Shown piece by piece: positions 62,631 to 64,000 of a stretch of 64,000 nucleotides of DNA. The translations under genes were made by a program, and so were the position numbers. The notes beneath the pieces were generated by a model. The model was not told the origin of the DNA, searched no databases, and saw only the letters and a program-made list of their open reading frames with translations. How positions within the stretch are numbered: the stretch's first letter is position 1; each line of letters opens with the position of its first letter. The stretch is from Salisapilia sapeloensis CBS 127946 (Eukaryota; Protista; Oomycota): NCBI GenBank assembly GCA_023334545.1, contig JAADVB010000090.1:1-64000 (forward strand), given 5' to 3'.

Positions 62631-64000
62631 ATGGCTCCGACACGCAAGTGCGAGGAATATGAGCCGCTACGGCTATCACCACCGGAGAAAGCTGAAGTTA
62701 AACGGGTTGCAACGTCCCTTGTTCGTGAAACGTGTGAAGAGTACGAAACGTACGACCGACGAGTACCTCGACAGCTAAACCAAAGCCGATGGAAAGCAGT
62801 GCACAGTAAAGAAACACTGACAGTGCATCAAGAGCGCTGTCCGAAAGGAGGAGATGGTCGACCCATACCTCTTATTTGCACTGGTAGTCTCTATGGACAT
62901 CTCGACGATGTCATGTACGGCTTGGCAATGGTAGATGACGCAGCACTGATGCAGACAGTATCGTACAATAATGCAGAAGTCGAGGACGTACAGACACTGG
63001 AGCTGATTGATGGGCCTACCCCAGACCAGCCTTTTCGTTGTCTTAAAGTAGCCTGGCACTTGTTTTCTCCGCCGAAAGCCATGCGGACCGTTATGAATCA
63101 TCGAGACATGGTCTACATCATGGCTTTTGGTGTCACCACTCTTTCCAACGGCGAACGCGTAGGCTACTTTTTGAACCATGCCATTGACTTAGCCATGACT
63201 CCGCCACGTACGAATAGAAAAGTGCATCGTACTCGTATTTCCACGTGCAGCATATTCAAGCAAGTAAGTGAACGGTGTGTCGATGTATATGTCAAAGCGT
63301 ACTACCAGTCAGTAAACAAAAACCTCCAGCGATTGGTCCTGCGCTCTGTGTCGAATGCTCTGATGACTAGCTGCTGTGCTGTGGCTTGCTCCGAAGGCAA
63401 AAAGCTGTCATGGCTCTGTGCGCAGGAAGACATTATGCGCGGCCAACGAGTCGATGCAACAGGCTATAGTCTACACAGAGCCGAAGACTCGATCGTATGC
63501 TCAGCATGTCACAAACGGTTTAATGCAATGCGAAAGAAGAAGACGTGCCACTTGTGCAAGATGCAGGTCTGTCGTGGTTGTTCAACTAAGCGTCAGAAGA
63601 ACGATGTGCTTCCATACATGCGCTTGGTAAAGCACAAAGTCCATCTTTGTAACGGCTGCAATCGATCTTTAAAACAAGAGAACGCTTATAAAGTAGCTCG
63701 GCAAGATATTTTAAGCGGCAGGTTTGACGATCCAGGAAGAGGAACAACTATGACTAGCACGGCACGACTGTCCATGTATGGTCAAAGTATACATGGATCG
63801 AGTCGTGGCCATTATGACGACGATGATATCGCCTATTTAGAAAACCTGTCTCCGTCTAAGTGGAATGAACGGGACAGCTACATCGACTTGGCATCCGAGC
63901 CACGTTCGAGCACCACGGACGCGGATCGTAGCTCCTTGCGATTATCGTCGATGCTGATCAACGAGTTCACTACCTTCAAGGATGATGATGATTGGGATAG
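62631..64000 (+). CDS. START-like + FYVE-like protein, intronless, runs off the window edge (absent from the ORF track)
   Basis: Manual translation from ATG 62631 is open to position 64000: RWKAVHSKETLTVHQE...LDDVMYG...TPDQPFR...HRDMVY...KKLSW...CSAC...CHLC..QVCRGC...LCNGC...DDDDWD. Confidence 0.88.
   Translation, partial: MAPTRKCEEYEPLRLSPPEKAEVKRVATSLVRETCEEYETYDRRVPRQLNQSRWKAVHSKETLTVHQERCPKGGDGRPIPLICTGSLYGHLDDVMYGLAMVDDAALMQTVSYNNAEVEDVQTLELIDGPTPDQPFRCLKVAWHLFSPPKAMRTVMNHRDMVYIMAFGVTTLSNGERVGYFLNHAIDLAMTPPRTNRKVHRTRISTCSIFKQVSERCVDVYVKAYYQSVNKNLQRLVLRSVSNALMTSCCAVACSEGKKLSWLCAQEDIMRGQRVDATGYSLHRAEDSIVCSACHKRFNAMRKKKTCHLCKMQVCRGCSTKRQKNDVLPYMRLVKHKVHLCNGCNRSLKQENAYKVARQDILSGRFDDPGRGTTMTSTARLSMYGQSIHGSSRGHYDDDDIAYLENLSPSKWNERDSYIDLASEPRSSTTDADRSSLRLSSMLINEFTTFKDDDDWD

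Noticed and set aside
1-64000. tRNA, rRNA, snRNA, CRISPR arrays and transposase/RT/integrase ORFs
   Set aside because: No cloverleaf with A/B boxes, spaced direct-repeat arrays, terminal repeats or TE protein motifs were seen by eye. A covariance-model scan would be needed to exclude small ncRNAs.

Overview
Gene-dense eukaryotic genomic DNA, most likely from an oomycete (stramenopile). The inference rests on START+FYVE paralogues, a bZIP with an oomycete-type C-terminal domain, an LRR receptor-like kinase and short GT-AG introns (44-74 nt in the ones I located). About 31 protein-coding genes can be supported. Most are packed in alternating head-to-head and tail-to-tail pairs, with stop codons as close as 8-35 bp. 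They include COPB2, GINS2, EMC1, an AP-2 sigma subunit, FANCM, a KYAT-like aminotransferase, NUFIP1-like and ZCCHC9-like proteins and a P5-type ATPase. I found no tRNA, rRNA, CRISPR array or recognisable transposon. The most interesting signals come from manual splicing and motif comparison. (1) A four-exon gene fuses an F-box-like motif to TFIIS domains II and III, with the catalytic acidic hairpin replaced by a basic one. (2) A Cu/Zn-SOD-fold protein has lost most metal ligands but keeps its dimer interface. (3) A WW/proline-rich protein ends in tandem DDEWD/EEWD acidic motifs. (4) A P5 ATPase carries a signal peptide and a Cys-containing ectodomain. (5) There are also a DIX-ELMO fusion, an LRR pseudokinase, FANCM with a PHD/ePHD module and a START-FYVE protein with AIM/LIR-like motifs. 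All family assignments come from motif recognition by eye, and no database searches were run.
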